NCBI GenBank assembly: GCA_020848475.1
Contig: JADKZZ010000042.1
Coordinates: 4,243-68,242, forward strand
Origin: Chitinophagales bacterium
GTDB lineage: Bacteria; Bacteroidota; Bacteroidia; Chitinophagales; JADIYW01
DNA: 64,000 bases
Direction: 5' to 3'
A program made the translations under genes and the position numbers. Positions 19,103 through 29,335 of this stretch are shown here, piece by piece. The notes below the pieces were generated by a model. It worked only from the letters and a program-made list of their open reading frames with translations, did not search any database and had not been told where the DNA came from. Positions within the stretch are counted from its first letter, which is position 1. Each line of letters starts with the position of its first letter.

Positions 19103-19131
19103 AGGCACACTGAGTGCTATAAATTACGCAC

Positions 19132-19902
19132 ATGAGAAAAAAAATAATAGCCGGAAATTGGAAAATGAATGCTGTTAAAGAAGAAGCGATAGCATTGCTA
19201 AATGGCATTGTAGAACAATATAATACGTATAATTTATCGCCAAATAAATCGGTCATTATAGCGGCGCCATTTCCCTACATTGACTATTGTGCAACACAGT
19301 TTTCCAACTTTCAGTTTTTACATGCAGCAGCACAAAACTGTAGTGAATACGAGCAAGGAGCATACACAGGCGAGGTTTCTGCGAAAATAATTGCTTCCCT
19401 TGGCGTGCAATATGTCATCATTGGTCACTCAGAGCGACGTCAATATTTTAATGAAAATGATTTTGTTTTGTTAGCAAAGATTAAACAAGCACAGCTACAA
19501 AATTTAGTACCAATATTTTGTTGTGGCGAGCCAATAGAAGTGCGCGAAAATGAAGAACATTTTTCATTTATCAAGCAACAATTATCGCATTGTATTTTTC
19601 ATCTTACACCACAAGAAATTAAAAATTGCATCATTGCTTATGAACCAATTTGGGCAATAGGCACAGGCAAAACAGCTACACAAGAGCAAGCACAAGAAAT
19701 GCATGCATTTATTAGAAAAGAAATAGAAAATAAATTCGATAAACCGATTGCAGATAGCATTTCTATACTTTATGGAGGCAGCGTGAATGCTGTAAATGCT
19801 GCCGATTTATTTGTTAGCAATGATATAGATGGCGCACTTGTAGGCGGCGCTTCCTTGAAGATAAATGATTTTTCCACCATCATAAATGCAATGCCATCAT
19901 GA
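19132..19902 (+). CDS. tpiA: Triosephosphate isomerase
   Basis: The motifs AGNWKMN, IIGHSERR, AYEPIWAIGTGKTAT and YGGSV are all present. Confidence 0.95.
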   Translation: MRKKIIAGNWKMNAVKEEAIALLNGIVEQYNTYNLSPNKSVIIAAPFPYIDYCATQFSNFQFLHAAAQNCSEYEQGAYTGEVSAKIIASLGVQYVIIGHSERRQYFNENDFVLLAKIKQAQLQNLVPIFCCGEPIEVRENEEHFSFIKQQLSHCIFHLTPQEIKNCIIAYEPIWAIGTGKTATQEQAQEMHAFIRKEIENKFDKPIADSISILYGGSVNAVNAADLFVSNDIDGALVGGASLKINDFSTIINAMPS

Positions 19903-20723
19903 TTCGCGTATATACAATATCTTATCCTGATTCAATCGAAAACGAAGAGTTTGCAGGTTTGTTTTTTGAATTAGAAAGCGAAGGTGTAGAGGAAAAAGAA
20001 ACTTGTGTAGAAGTGTATTTAAGCGAGCATCAACAAGCAGCAGGAGAGCAGTTTATTCAAGCTATTTGCGACACCTATCAAGTCGATTTTAAACGATCAA
20101 TATTGGAAAATAAAAATTGGAACGCACATTGGGAGAGCTCGTTTCAGCCAATTTTGATTGAAGATTTTGTATTTGTGCGCACGACATTTCATGAACCTAA
20201 TCAAAATGTAGCGCACGAAATAATTATCGAGCCTAAAATGTCGTTCGGCACAGGACATCATCCTACCACATCGCAAATGATGGAAAACATGCGCTTGATA
20301 GATTTTAAAGAAAAGTCAGTTTTGGATTGTGGCTCAGGTACAGGTATATTGGCGATTCTTGCCGCAAAATTAGGTGCTACAAATTGTCTGGCACTCGATA
20401 ACGATGAATGGTGCTATCAAAATTGTATAGAAAATATTGAGTTAAACAAGGTAGAAAATATATCGCCAATTATCGGCGAAATTGCTCAGATAAATCAACA
20501 AAAGTTTGATGTCATATTAGCAAATATACATCGCAATTTTTTGACAGCATATATGTCTGATTTATCGTTATTATTGAAAGATGATGGCTATATCATTGTG
20601 TCTGGTTTTTATGAAGAAGACGCGAAAATTATTTTAGACAATGCAGCAATGCATCATTTAATAGCTAATTATCACACGACACAAAATAATTGGACTTGTA
20701 TTGTATTACAGAAGAAAAACTAA
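19899..20723 (+). CDS. prmA: Ribosomal protein L11 methyltransferase
   Basis: The segment FGTGHHPTT and the SAM-binding motif VLDCGSGTGILAI are present. The start overlaps the tpiA stop (ATGA). Confidence 0.9.
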   Translation: MIRVYTISYPDSIENEEFAGLFFELESEGVEEKETCVEVYLSEHQQAAGEQFIQAICDTYQVDFKRSILENKNWNAHWESSFQPILIEDFVFVRTTFHEPNQNVAHEIIIEPKMSFGTGHHPTTSQMMENMRLIDFKEKSVLDCGSGTGILAILAAKLGATNCLALDNDEWCYQNCIENIELNKVENISPIIGEIAQINQQKFDVILANIHRNFLTAYMSDLSLLLKDDGYIIVSGFYEEDAKIILDNAAMHHLIANYHTTQNNWTCIVLQKKN

Positions 20724-20741
20724 AAACTTTAAAAATTACGA

Positions 20742-23700
20742 ATGAGAAATTATATCATTTTTTTTTGGCTTTGTATCTTGTCTTTTTCTTTGAAAGCACA
20801 GTATCCAAAGGAGTTTCCGGCGGATAATGCTAGTTACGGAAAAGCGTATGCTGAATTTATAAAAGCAAATTGCACGCGTGAAGATTGCAAAGAAATTGCA
20901 GAAAAATTTCCAAAAGCAATCACAACGGGAAAAGCATCGGTTTATTTTTTCAAAATTAAAGGCATTACACAATCGATGTTGCTAAAGAAAGCACCAGCCT
21001 ATCCAGCTTTTAAAGAGTTAGCAGATTTATTATTGGCATTAGAAACTACAAAGGCAAGTGGAACAGCAATCGACAAAAATTTTGATATTCTACAAGCTTT
21101 AATAGACAGATCAAAATCAGGAAATATTAAAGAGTTTGTTGGCTACATTGAATATCTAACAAATCTTTATTCGAAAAATGCACTGTATTATACCAATACT
21201 AATATATGGCAAACTACAGGCGATTATACGGTTGAATTCACCAACGAAAAACCTGTATTTATCTTCGCTACTACTGATTTAATCGGCATGTCGAATGCTG
21301 ATACATTGACCATAAAAAATGAAAAAGGAAAATTCTTTCCATTGGAAAATTTATGGATTGGAAATAGTGGAACAATTGGTATGCAACGTGCTGGTTTTGA
21401 TCCTGCAAATAATTTCGTGAATTTTTCGCATCACCAAATCAACTTTGCAAAATCAGATATCGTAATTGATTCTGCTAAGTTTACATTCAAACCAGTATTG
21501 AATGAAGTGCTTTTGGGCACTTATACTGATAAGTTATTACAAGCAAATTCTCAAGAACGATTTTATCCAAAATTTCGTTCTTATAGCAATAATGTCAACT
21601 TCAATACATTAAGCAAAGAAGTGAAAATGTCAGCAGGCTTTCAGCTAGAAGGCACTAAAATATATGGAGTTGGCTCTGATACTGTTTTGCCTAAAATTAC
21701 ATTACTTGCTAAAGATGGCAAAGAGTTAGTTAGAGTGACTGCCAACAGAATACAGCTAAAAGATTTTAAAGATATCAATGCAGAAGATGCTTCTTTTTCT
21801 ATTTTCTTAGCAGATAATACTATCTCGCATCCTTTTGTGAATTTCTCCTATTTTTCTAAATCAAAAGATGTAAAAGTATATCGTGATTTGAAACCATTGG
21901 CGAAGCAACCATTTACTAGCGAATATCATAAAATGTTTATTTATGCTGATTTATTGAGATGGAATTTAGATAGCACAATTATTAAATTTAGTATGATTAC
22001 CTTGTCTGGTGATATACCTGCCATCTTTGAATCGTTCAATTATTATCAACCCAATTTAGAGAACAAATATAAAGGGCCAAGCGAGCAAGGGCCAATCGAT
22101 AAAATATATAGATATTATGAAAGCAACTTAGGCAATCGATTTGTAGATGGACAAAGCCTTGCACTAGATATCAATCCTGGTGCACCTTTTTCTGCCACTC
22201 AATCTATTTTTTTTAAGTTGGTAGAAGATGGTTATATCAACTATAATCCATCGACGAGAATGATTGAAGTGAAAGAAAAACTCGTTAATCAAGCATTAGC
22301 ATCTAAAGGAAAACAAGATTACGATTTTATAAAATTTGCTTCATTCAAACGCAATCTCAATGCACGCCTGGATATCAAAACTAACATCATGGAAGTGTAT
22401 GGCGTAGAAGAAATAAATATGAGCACGAAGTCTGGCGTTAAATTTATTCCGAATAATGATACTGTGCGCATCAGCAAAAATAGAGTCATGTCATTAGGTG
22501 GAAAAATTCAAGTCGGCAACTTCGATTTTGTAGCAAAGAAAGTGGACTTCGATTATGACAAGTATGCTTTTAATATGAAAAATGTGGACTCTATGGTTGT
22601 GTATGTTCCAGAAACTGACAAGCCAGATGAAAAAGGACGAATTAAACTGATACGCTCTAAAACGCCTATTCAAAATATTACAGGAACATTGCATATCGCT
22701 GAGCCTAATAATAAATCAGGCACGAATAATAACTTGAAATATCCATATTTTTCAAGTGGTGACACGGCAAAAGTCGCTTATGATAAAGGTGCAAACGGTG
22801 ATAAATATAATGCAGACAAATTCTTTTATCAAGTCTATCCATTTGAGCTCGATAGCTTAAATACACTGAATACCGAAAAACTACAATTGAATGGTCAATT
22901 GATTTCAGGTGGCATCTTTGAGCCTATAAAATCTGGACTTAAATTGCAAAATGATAAATCATTTGGTATTGATGTAAACACAGGCGAAAAAGGATATAAT
23001 TTATTCGGCAATAAAGGAAAATATACAGCAGCACTAAAATTAGATGCCAGTGGTTTGTCAGGTAAAGGCTTATTCGAATTTGGACCTGTAAAACTATATG
23101 CAGATACTACTTTCTTCTTTATGGATAGCGTTTATGCCGATTTAGATAGTGTGCGCATCACGGAAGATAAAGTAGCCAATTTGCCACAAACAAAAATAAA
23201 TTTATCCTCATTTGCTTGGAATGTAAAAAAAGATTCATTGGTGATTTCTGAAGGAAAAGAGGAGCGCTTTAGCATGTACAACGGTACGACAGATTTTGAT
23301 GGAAAATTAATTTTGCATAATAAAAACCTGAACGGCGTTGGCGTGCTTTCTTGGAATCATACAAAATTGCAATCTGATGACATTACCTTTAAAGCACGAA
23401 AATTTGAAGCCAAAAACGGTAAGCTCAATCTCTCAACAGACGAGGGTTTGTCTTTATTAGCGTCTAATGATGTCAACGCAAAATTCGATTTAGATAATAA
23501 AATTGCCGACATCGAATTAAACAAAAATGATACGATTCCACTCGAATCATTCAAGTATGTTGCCAATCCAAAATTCTTACATTTTGATATTGCAAAAAAT
23601 ATGTTGACGCTTAATGCTGCAACTAAGTCTAGCAAGTTTTTCTTGCTGTCAACTGATAGAACAAAAGACTCTTTGAAGTTTGTTACAGCAGAAGCAGAAT

Positions 23701-25265
23701 TAAATTTGAACGATAATTCTATTCACTTTGCAGGTATAAATGAATTGCGTCTTGCAGACTCAAAAGTTATTCCAGATAAAGGTGAAATATTTATAGAGCA
23801 AGACGGTACCGTGCGCTCATTACGAAATGCAATTGTCGTATTTAATGCAGATAGCAATTATCATCAAGTGAAAGATGCAATCATAAATATTGTCGGAAGA
23901 AATGATTTCTCTGGTACTGGTAATTATTATTTCAAAATGAATAATGGCACTGTCGAGAAAGTACCAATTACAGAAATAAACGTAAATAATCCGTATCGTG
24001 GACAAGTATTGCCAGAAGCTAAAAAAGGTAAGAAACACGCCGACAATCGCGATTTAAGTAAAATATACACGTATGCAAATACCGATATCGAAGAAGTAGC
24101 TTCTTTTAAAATTGATAATAAAATATACTATAAAGGAAATTTTAGTTTTGATTCAAAACATAAAGATATTTTCTTAGATGGTTATGTTAAAATAGATATT
24201 GCTAATAATTCCAGCGATTGGATTCCGAATGTACAAACATTAGATCCGAAAAAACCTGCCGTGAGCATGGATAGCATACTTAGTCAGGCCGACAATAATT
24301 TGTTTGTAGGTTTAATGTTAGATAAGAGCGTACCAGAGTTTTATTCTGCCATCATTCAAGATAAACGTTCTGTGAGTGACGCCAGTATTATGAGCGTTAA
24401 AGGCTCAATGGCTTATAGCAAAACAGAACCTGGCGTTATCAATTTTGGCGATGAAAGTGCATTTACATCAGCCTATTCACGTCATTCTTGTATAAAATAT
24501 AATGAAAATACAAGAGAACTAAATGCGTCTGGTGAAATTGGATTTGGATTGCGATTAAAACCTTGTAAAGTTACATCGGTTGGTACATTTACCTTTACAC
24601 CAAATAAACAGAATCTGGTGATTACATCTGACTTGGCAGTCAAGTTTATGATACAACCAGCGATCGCTAGTTCTATTCTTGCACCATTTTTAGTAGCTGA
24701 AGAAACGGCAAGTTTTACAAATTACAAACGCAATAAAACGATACACAGAACATTGTCTGTGCTGACAAAAGATAGCTTGGAATCCAATCGATTAATTGGC
24801 AGCATATATTCGATGGACTCAATGTTTATTCCGCAAAGTTTAGATTATAACATGCTCCTGTCAGGTTCAAAATTTTATTGGGACGAGCAAGACGCAACAT
24901 TCAAAAGCGTAGAAAAAGTAAGCTTGGCATTCTTTGGACAAGATGTAGTTAAACGCCAATACGATGCCTATATTGAAATCGGCTATGCGTATGAAAGTGA
25001 TTTTGTCAATATTTATTTGCAAAGCAAATCAGGTGCATGGATGTATTTCAAAATTAAACGCGGTCAAATGGGCATCGCTTCTTCTGTTGCTGATGTATAT
25101 AATACGATTACTTTATTGAAAGATAGTGATAGAGTTTACCGCGAAGGCAAAGAAGTGTTGTTTGAATTTATGCCAGCAGATATGGCCATGCGCGACAATT
25201 TTGTAGCACGAATGGAAGACTTTATGGAGCGTTTCAAATTAAACACAGCACCCGCACCGAAATAG
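20742..25265 (+). CDS. Very large (1507 aa) secreted hypothetical protein
   Basis: This is a single uninterrupted ORF of 4.5 kb in an AT-rich genome. It has the signal peptide MRNYIIFFWLCILSFSLKAQ. I can identify no recognisable family motif by eye. Confidence 0.7.
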   Translation: MRNYIIFFWLCILSFSLKAQYPKEFPADNASYGKAYAEFIKANCTREDCKEIAEKFPKAITTGKASVYFFKIKGITQSMLLKKAPAYPAFKELADLLLALETTKASGTAIDKNFDILQALIDRSKSGNIKEFVGYIEYLTNLYSKNALYYTNTNIWQTTGDYTVEFTNEKPVFIFATTDLIGMSNADTLTIKNEKGKFFPLENLWIGNSGTIGMQRAGFDPANNFVNFSHHQINFAKSDIVIDSAKFTFKPVLNEVLLGTYTDKLLQANSQERFYPKFRSYSNNVNFNTLSKEVKMSAGFQLEGTKIYGVGSDTVLPKITLLAKDGKELVRVTANRIQLKDFKDINAEDASFSIFLADNTISHPFVNFSYFSKSKDVKVYRDLKPLAKQPFTSEYHKMFIYADLLRWNLDSTIIKFSMITLSGDIPAIFESFNYYQPNLENKYKGPSEQGPIDKIYRYYESNLGNRFVDGQSLALDINPGAPFSATQSIFFKLVEDGYINYNPSTRMIEVKEKLVNQALASKGKQDYDFIKFASFKRNLNARLDIKTNIMEVYGVEEINMSTKSGVKFIPNNDTVRISKNRVMSLGGKIQVGNFDFVAKKVDFDYDKYAFNMKNVDSMVVYVPETDKPDEKGRIKLIRSKTPIQNITGTLHIAEPNNKSGTNNNLKYPYFSSGDTAKVAYDKGANGDKYNADKFFYQVYPFELDSLNTLNTEKLQLNGQLISGGIFEPIKSGLKLQNDKSFGIDVNTGEKGYNLFGNKGKYTAALKLDASGLSGKGLFEFGPVKLYADTTFFFMDSVYADLDSVRITEDKVANLPQTKINLSSFAWNVKKDSLVISEGKEERFSMYNGTTDFDGKLILHNKNLNGVGVLSWNHTKLQSDDITFKARKFEAKNGKLNLSTDEGLSLLASNDVNAKFDLDNKIADIELNKNDTIPLESFKYVANPKFLHFDIAKNMLTLNAATKSSKFFLLSTDRTKDSLKFVTAEAELNLNDNSIHFAGINELRLADSKVIPDKGEIFIEQDGTVRSLRNAIVVFNADSNYHQVKDAIINIVGRNDFSGTGNYYFKMNNGTVEKVPITEINVNNPYRGQVLPEAKKGKKHADNRDLSKIYTYANTDIEEVASFKIDNKIYYKGNFSFDSKHKDIFLDGYVKIDIANNSSDWIPNVQTLDPKKPAVSMDSILSQADNNLFVGLMLDKSVPEFYSAIIQDKRSVSDASIMSVKGSMAYSKTEPGVINFGDESAFTSAYSRHSCIKYNENTRELNASGEIGFGLRLKPCKVTSVGTFTFTPNKQNLVITSDLAVKFMIQPAIASSILAPFLVAEETASFTNYKRNKTIHRTLSVLTKDSLESNRLIGSIYSMDSMFIPQSLDYNMLLSGSKFYWDEQDATFKSVEKVSLAFFGQDVVKRQYDAYIEIGYAYESDFVNIYLQSKSGAWMYFKIKRGQMGIASSVADVYNTITLLKDSDRVYREGKEVLFEFMPADMAMRDNFVARMEDFMERFKLNTAPAPK

Positions 25266-25934
25266 TTGAATGCCATTATTAAAATAGGAAGTTATATTTT
25301 CGATTTACCTGTCGAAAAGAAAAACAGCAATTACAGCGGTGAAGTTGTAGTTTCTATTCATGAAGGTCAATATAAATTAAGCACACAAAATGCTATTTAT
25401 TCTTTTGGAAAAAAATATACTTCATTCGATATAGCATTTCAAGCAATACAAGTACAGCAACGAAATATAAACGAGGTTTTAGTGCTCGGATTTGGCTTAG
25501 GCAGCGTTGTTGATTTATTAGAAAAACAAAGCACAATAAGCTCCATTACTGCAGTAGATATTGACGAAGTGATTATTGACTTAGCAAAAAAATATTTACA
25601 CACACCATTAAAAAGTAAAGTCAAATTTATATGTGCCGATGCGATAGATTATGTAAGTCAGGAAACAAATAAATTTGATATGTTGATTGTCGATTTGTTT
25701 ATTGACGATGAAACACCAATGCCGTTTATGCAAGCAGATTTCTTGCGAAAGCTTAAAAATTTATTGAGCGAAGATGCTGTTCTTTTATTTTCAAAAATCG
25801 ATGATTTGCAGAAGCATAAAATTGAAAACATACAATTTGAACAATTATTTCAACAACAATTTCCAAACGGCTTTTCAATTGATGCCAAAGGCAATAAAAT
25901 ATTTACTTGGATAAATTCGCCTACTTCCTTCTAA
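25266..25934 (+). CDS. Spermidine-synthase-like class I SAM-dependent methyltransferase-fold protein
   Basis: The Rossmann-type motif VLVLGFGLGSVV is followed by AVDIDEVIIDLAKKY and FDMLIVDLF. The TTG start at 25266 immediately follows the TAG stop of the upstream gene. There is no in-frame ATG until well inside the fold. Confidence 0.6.
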   Translation: MNAIIKIGSYIFDLPVEKKNSNYSGEVVVSIHEGQYKLSTQNAIYSFGKKYTSFDIAFQAIQVQQRNINEVLVLGFGLGSVVDLLEKQSTISSITAVDIDEVIIDLAKKYLHTPLKSKVKFICADAIDYVSQETNKFDMLIVDLFIDDETPMPFMQADFLRKLKNLLSEDAVLLFSKIDDLQKHKIENIQFEQLFQQQFPNGFSIDAKGNKIFTWINSPTSF

Positions 25935-26670
25935 ATTCTCTACGATGTAAATATGGCGTAAGTGTGCCCACTAATGCGCCAACAGCATAACCTGTAATCA
26001 CATCAGTCCAGTAATGTTTGCCGGCCTTCACGCGCATTAGTGCGGTAAGTGCCGGAAATACAGCAGCGCCAGTCCATACTAAGGGTTTCCATTTCGATGT
26101 CGGATGATAATCGCTATACACCATTGCTATAAAATAAGTGCTGGCTGCGGTGACAGATGTATGTCCTGAAAAAAATGAAGCATAAGCACTTTTGCTAATT
26201 TTGTTTCCGTTGTATTCTTCCGAATAGACATAAGGACGTTTGCGCCTCACCATTTCTTTTGTAAACATCGTTAATACAGATGTAAATGCAAATGTTTCCG
26301 CCCAAATGGGTAAAATAGTTTTCCAATCTTTACGAATATCTTTATCAATAAATAAAAATGCAGGGCTTAGCATCGCTGTATATTGAAATACATCACTGGA
26401 GATGGCTGCTGCTTTTGAATGTTGATAGACGGCATATCTGTCAAATTTATTGACATCACTAGGTTTTAAATTGCTAACATCTGCCAAAGTGAGTGGCTTG
26501 TTTTTTTTGTGTTTAATCAATGCGCCAATACCTAAACCTGCACTCATCAAACCAATCGGTATATCTACACTTAATCGAAATTTATACACGCTTTTTCGTG
26601 CAGAAGAATCTTGTGCCGATGCTTGCAATACGATAAGTAAACAAAGCAATATGATGTATATACGTTTCAT
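25921..26670 (-). CDS. PAP2 (type 2 phosphatidic acid phosphatase) family membrane protein
   Basis: The tripartite PAP2 motif is present: KEMVRRKRP, then FFSGHTS, then RVKAGKHYWTDV. The protein also has a signal peptide and several membrane helices. Confidence 0.8.
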   Translation of the reverse strand: MKRIYIILLCLLIVLQASAQDSSARKSVYKFRLSVDIPIGLMSAGLGIGALIKHKKNKPLTLADVSNLKPSDVNKFDRYAVYQHSKAAAISSDVFQYTAMLSPAFLFIDKDIRKDWKTILPIWAETFAFTSVLTMFTKEMVRRKRPYVYSEEYNGNKISKSAYASFFSGHTSVTAASTYFIAMVYSDYHPTSKWKPLVWTGAAVFPALTALMRVKAGKHYWTDVITGYAVGALVGTLTPYLHRREFRRK

Positions 26671-26748
26671 GGCGTTAAAATTAGCATAAATTTTGTTGTG
26701 TGTATTTAATTAACAATGTATAATTTTATATTTACTAAATTTTTGTAG

Positions 26749-27705
26749 ATGAATTTTTTTTACACGCTTTTATTTAGCTTTATTTCTTGCTTTGGTTTTG
26801 CTGAAGGTATGCACATCAGCGGAATTATTACAGACACAGAATCACAGAAAAAGATAGAAGGTGCCTTTGTCTTAATCCATTTTTATAATGGCTTTGAATT
26901 TTCAGATATCACTGACTCAACAGGTAGATATGACATCTATACATCAGCAGTTGTGCCAGAAGATTATTATACCATACAAATTGACGCTAAAAATTATTAC
27001 CAATTAAATGGTTTCGTACATGTAACAAAAAATTGTGTATTTAATTTTAACCTAAAAAGTAAAAATCAAACACAACAAGTAGTGTCAATTCCAATAATTG
27101 ATGCAGTAAAACCTACATTGCCAATGCCAGCATTAGAAGGCTTTGCAACGAATAACTTGGTATTCCTTATTGATGCATCTTCTTCGATGAATATGCAAGA
27201 AAAAATGCCATTATTGAAAACAGCAATGAAATATTTAGTAAATGAACTGCGCACTACGGATAAAATTTCTATACTTACCTTTTCTAGTTCTGTAAAAGAA
27301 ATTTTACCAGTAACCACGCTTAATGACAAACAAAATATTTTAAGCTTAATAGATAATATTAGTTTTGGTAGTTCTTCACAAGGTGGACTCGCTTTGCAAA
27401 AAGCATATAATACAGCACACGATAATTTTATTAAAAAGGGCAACAATAGAATTATTTTAGCAACTGATGGTTTATTTACTTCTGGTGAAAAAGATTATAA
27501 AAAAATGCAACAATTAATAGAAACAGGATTAGATAAAAATATATCACTTTCTATTTTTTGTTTTGGAAAAAATACAGAATATGTAAACACAAAACTCTCT
27601 AAGTTGGCAAACTTAGGAAAAGGAAATTTTGCAATAATAACTGATGCAGAGAACGGTAAACACTATATGCTTGAGGAAGCGAAAGCCGTGAAAGTTGAAA
27701 AATAA
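26749..27705 (+). CDS. von Willebrand factor type A (VWA) domain protein with an N-terminal carboxypeptidase-regulatory-like domain
   Basis: The MIDAS motif LVFLIDASSSMN (D-x-S-x-S) is present, with downstream T and D positions (ILATDG). The N-terminal segment ISGIITDTESQKKIEGAFVLI resembles a CarboxypepD_reg fold. Confidence 0.75.
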   Translation: MNFFYTLLFSFISCFGFAEGMHISGIITDTESQKKIEGAFVLIHFYNGFEFSDITDSTGRYDIYTSAVVPEDYYTIQIDAKNYYQLNGFVHVTKNCVFNFNLKSKNQTQQVVSIPIIDAVKPTLPMPALEGFATNNLVFLIDASSSMNMQEKMPLLKTAMKYLVNELRTTDKISILTFSSSVKEILPVTTLNDKQNILSLIDNISFGSSSQGGLALQKAYNTAHDNFIKKGNNRIILATDGLFTSGEKDYKKMQQLIETGLDKNISLSIFCFGKNTEYVNTKLSKLANLGKGNFAIITDAENGKHYMLEEAKAVKVEK

Positions 27706-27801
27706 GCATTGTTAAAATATAGTAAAAATTAAAATCGATAACAATTCTTAATGATTTGTAAATAATTATTTTGTTTGACTTATTTACTTTTGACGACATA
27801 A

Positions 27802-28152
27802 ATGAAATCAAAAGTCTTTATACTTTTCACCTTATTATTATTTGTTTTTCAAATTGGCAATGCTGAAAATCATGCCATCAATAAGTCGACTTATAAGCTT
27901 ACAGAAATCAGTAATCCGTCTATTGGAATACCAACAAATGTGTTACCGACAATAGGTTCATTTCTATTTGAAAATAATCAGATTGCAGAAGAAGTAGATG
28001 CTCCACAGGTAAAGTTTTTGCATTCATTCTCTTTATCTACATTTTATATTCATTCAATTCTCACACTATTTTTGTTTTTGCTATTTATTGTAGCTTCAAT
28101 AAATATTGCTAAAGACAAGATCTATATTTTCTTCAGGGTATTTAGAATATAA
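27802..28152 (+). CDS. Small hypothetical protein with a signal peptide and a C-terminal membrane helix
   Basis: The 116-aa ORF begins MKSKVFILFTLLLFVFQIGNA and has a C-terminal hydrophobic stretch (ILTLFLFLLFIVASI). Support is limited to ORF length and topology. Confidence 0.35.
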   Translation: MKSKVFILFTLLLFVFQIGNAENHAINKSTYKLTEISNPSIGIPTNVLPTIGSFLFENNQIAEEVDAPQVKFLHSFSLSTFYIHSILTLFLFLLFIVASINIAKDKIYIFFRVFRI

Positions 28153-28238
28153 TACCATTTCCAACCCACACCTTACAATCAAACTTCTGTTTGATTGGCT
28201 CTATTTTCATACATCATCTAAAAAATTATTTATCTATT

Positions 28239-29318
28239 ATGACAAGGTCATTCTATTATCTTTTATTTGTCATTCCTTTTTTATTTACAAATTGTAATTC
28301 TACAACAGTAGAAAAAGAAGAAGTAATTAAATACGTAGTTACAACACCAATTCAAACAGATACATCGTCTAGCAAAGAGTATGTCGCACAAATTCGTTCT
28401 TTTAGAAATATTGAAATTAGAACGCAAGAAAAAGGTTTTTTGCAAAATGTTTATATCGATGAAGGACAAAGTGTAAAAGCCGGACAAGTCTTATTTCGTA
28501 TTATGCCTAAAATTTATGAAGCAGAAATGATGAAAGAACAGGCAGAAGTTAATGCTGCTGAAATTGAAGTATCCAATGCAAAAGCATTAGTGGACAAAAA
28601 TGTGATTTCAAAAAATGAATTGTTATTAGCACAAGCAAAATTAGGACAAGCTAAAGCAGAAGCTACATTAGCTCGAGTGCATTTATCATTCACAGAAATT
28701 CGTGCACCTTTTGATGGCATTATTGATCGATTGCCGAAGAAAATTGGAAGCTTTTTAGATGAAGGTGAATTCCTAACAAGTTTATCCGACAACAGTAAAA
28801 TGTTTGCTTATTTCAATGTGTCAGAACCTGAATATTTAAATTATAAAATGCAAGCGAAAAACAATAACACACAAGTTGAATTAAAATTAGCTAACAATGA
28901 AATACTTCCAGCAAAAGGTAAGATAGAAACAATAGAAGCTGAATTCAATAATGAAACTGGCAATATCGCTTTTCGTGCTACATTTCCTAATGCAGACAGA
29001 TTGCTAAAGCATGGTCAAACTGGAAAAATAATTATGATGGTGCCTTTGAAAAATGCTATTCTAATACCACAAAAAGCAACCTACGAAATTCAGGATAAAA
29101 AGTATGTTTTTATCGTAGATAAAAACAATATCGTGCATTCGAGAAATATAACGATAAGTGGCGAACTGCCTGATATTTATGTCGTATCAGAAGGATTGAA
29201 ACCATCAGATAAAATATTGTTAGAAGGACTTCAGAAAGTCAAAGATGATGAAAAAATACAATACACATTTGATGATGCAAACAATGTGCTCAAACACTTA
29301 AGATTAAAAGCAGAATAA
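28239..29318 (+). CDS. RND efflux periplasmic adaptor (membrane fusion protein), lipoprotein
   Basis: The start at the ATG at 28239 gives the lipobox FLFTNC. The protein has a biotinyl-lipoyl-like hairpin (GQSVKAGQVLFRI ... IRAPFDGIIDR) and a coiled-coil region between its two halves. Confidence 0.9.
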   Translation: MTRSFYYLLFVIPFLFTNCNSTTVEKEEVIKYVVTTPIQTDTSSSKEYVAQIRSFRNIEIRTQEKGFLQNVYIDEGQSVKAGQVLFRIMPKIYEAEMMKEQAEVNAAEIEVSNAKALVDKNVISKNELLLAQAKLGQAKAEATLARVHLSFTEIRAPFDGIIDRLPKKIGSFLDEGEFLTSLSDNSKMFAYFNVSEPEYLNYKMQAKNNNTQVELKLANNEILPAKGKIETIEAEFNNETGNIAFRATFPNADRLLKHGQTGKIIMMVPLKNAILIPQKATYEIQDKKYVFIVDKNNIVHSRNITISGELPDIYVVSEGLKPSDKILLEGLQKVKDDEKIQYTFDDANNVLKHLRLKAE

Positions 29319-29335
29319 TTTAACAATCAGAAATC

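Noticed and set aside
28106-28297. A 63-aa ORF (28106-28297) and the 5' extension of the adaptor ORF (28191-28238).
   Set aside because: These overlap the 27802-28152 ORF end and the promoter-proximal region. The adaptor protein gains a proper lipoprotein signal peptide only from the ATG at 28239.
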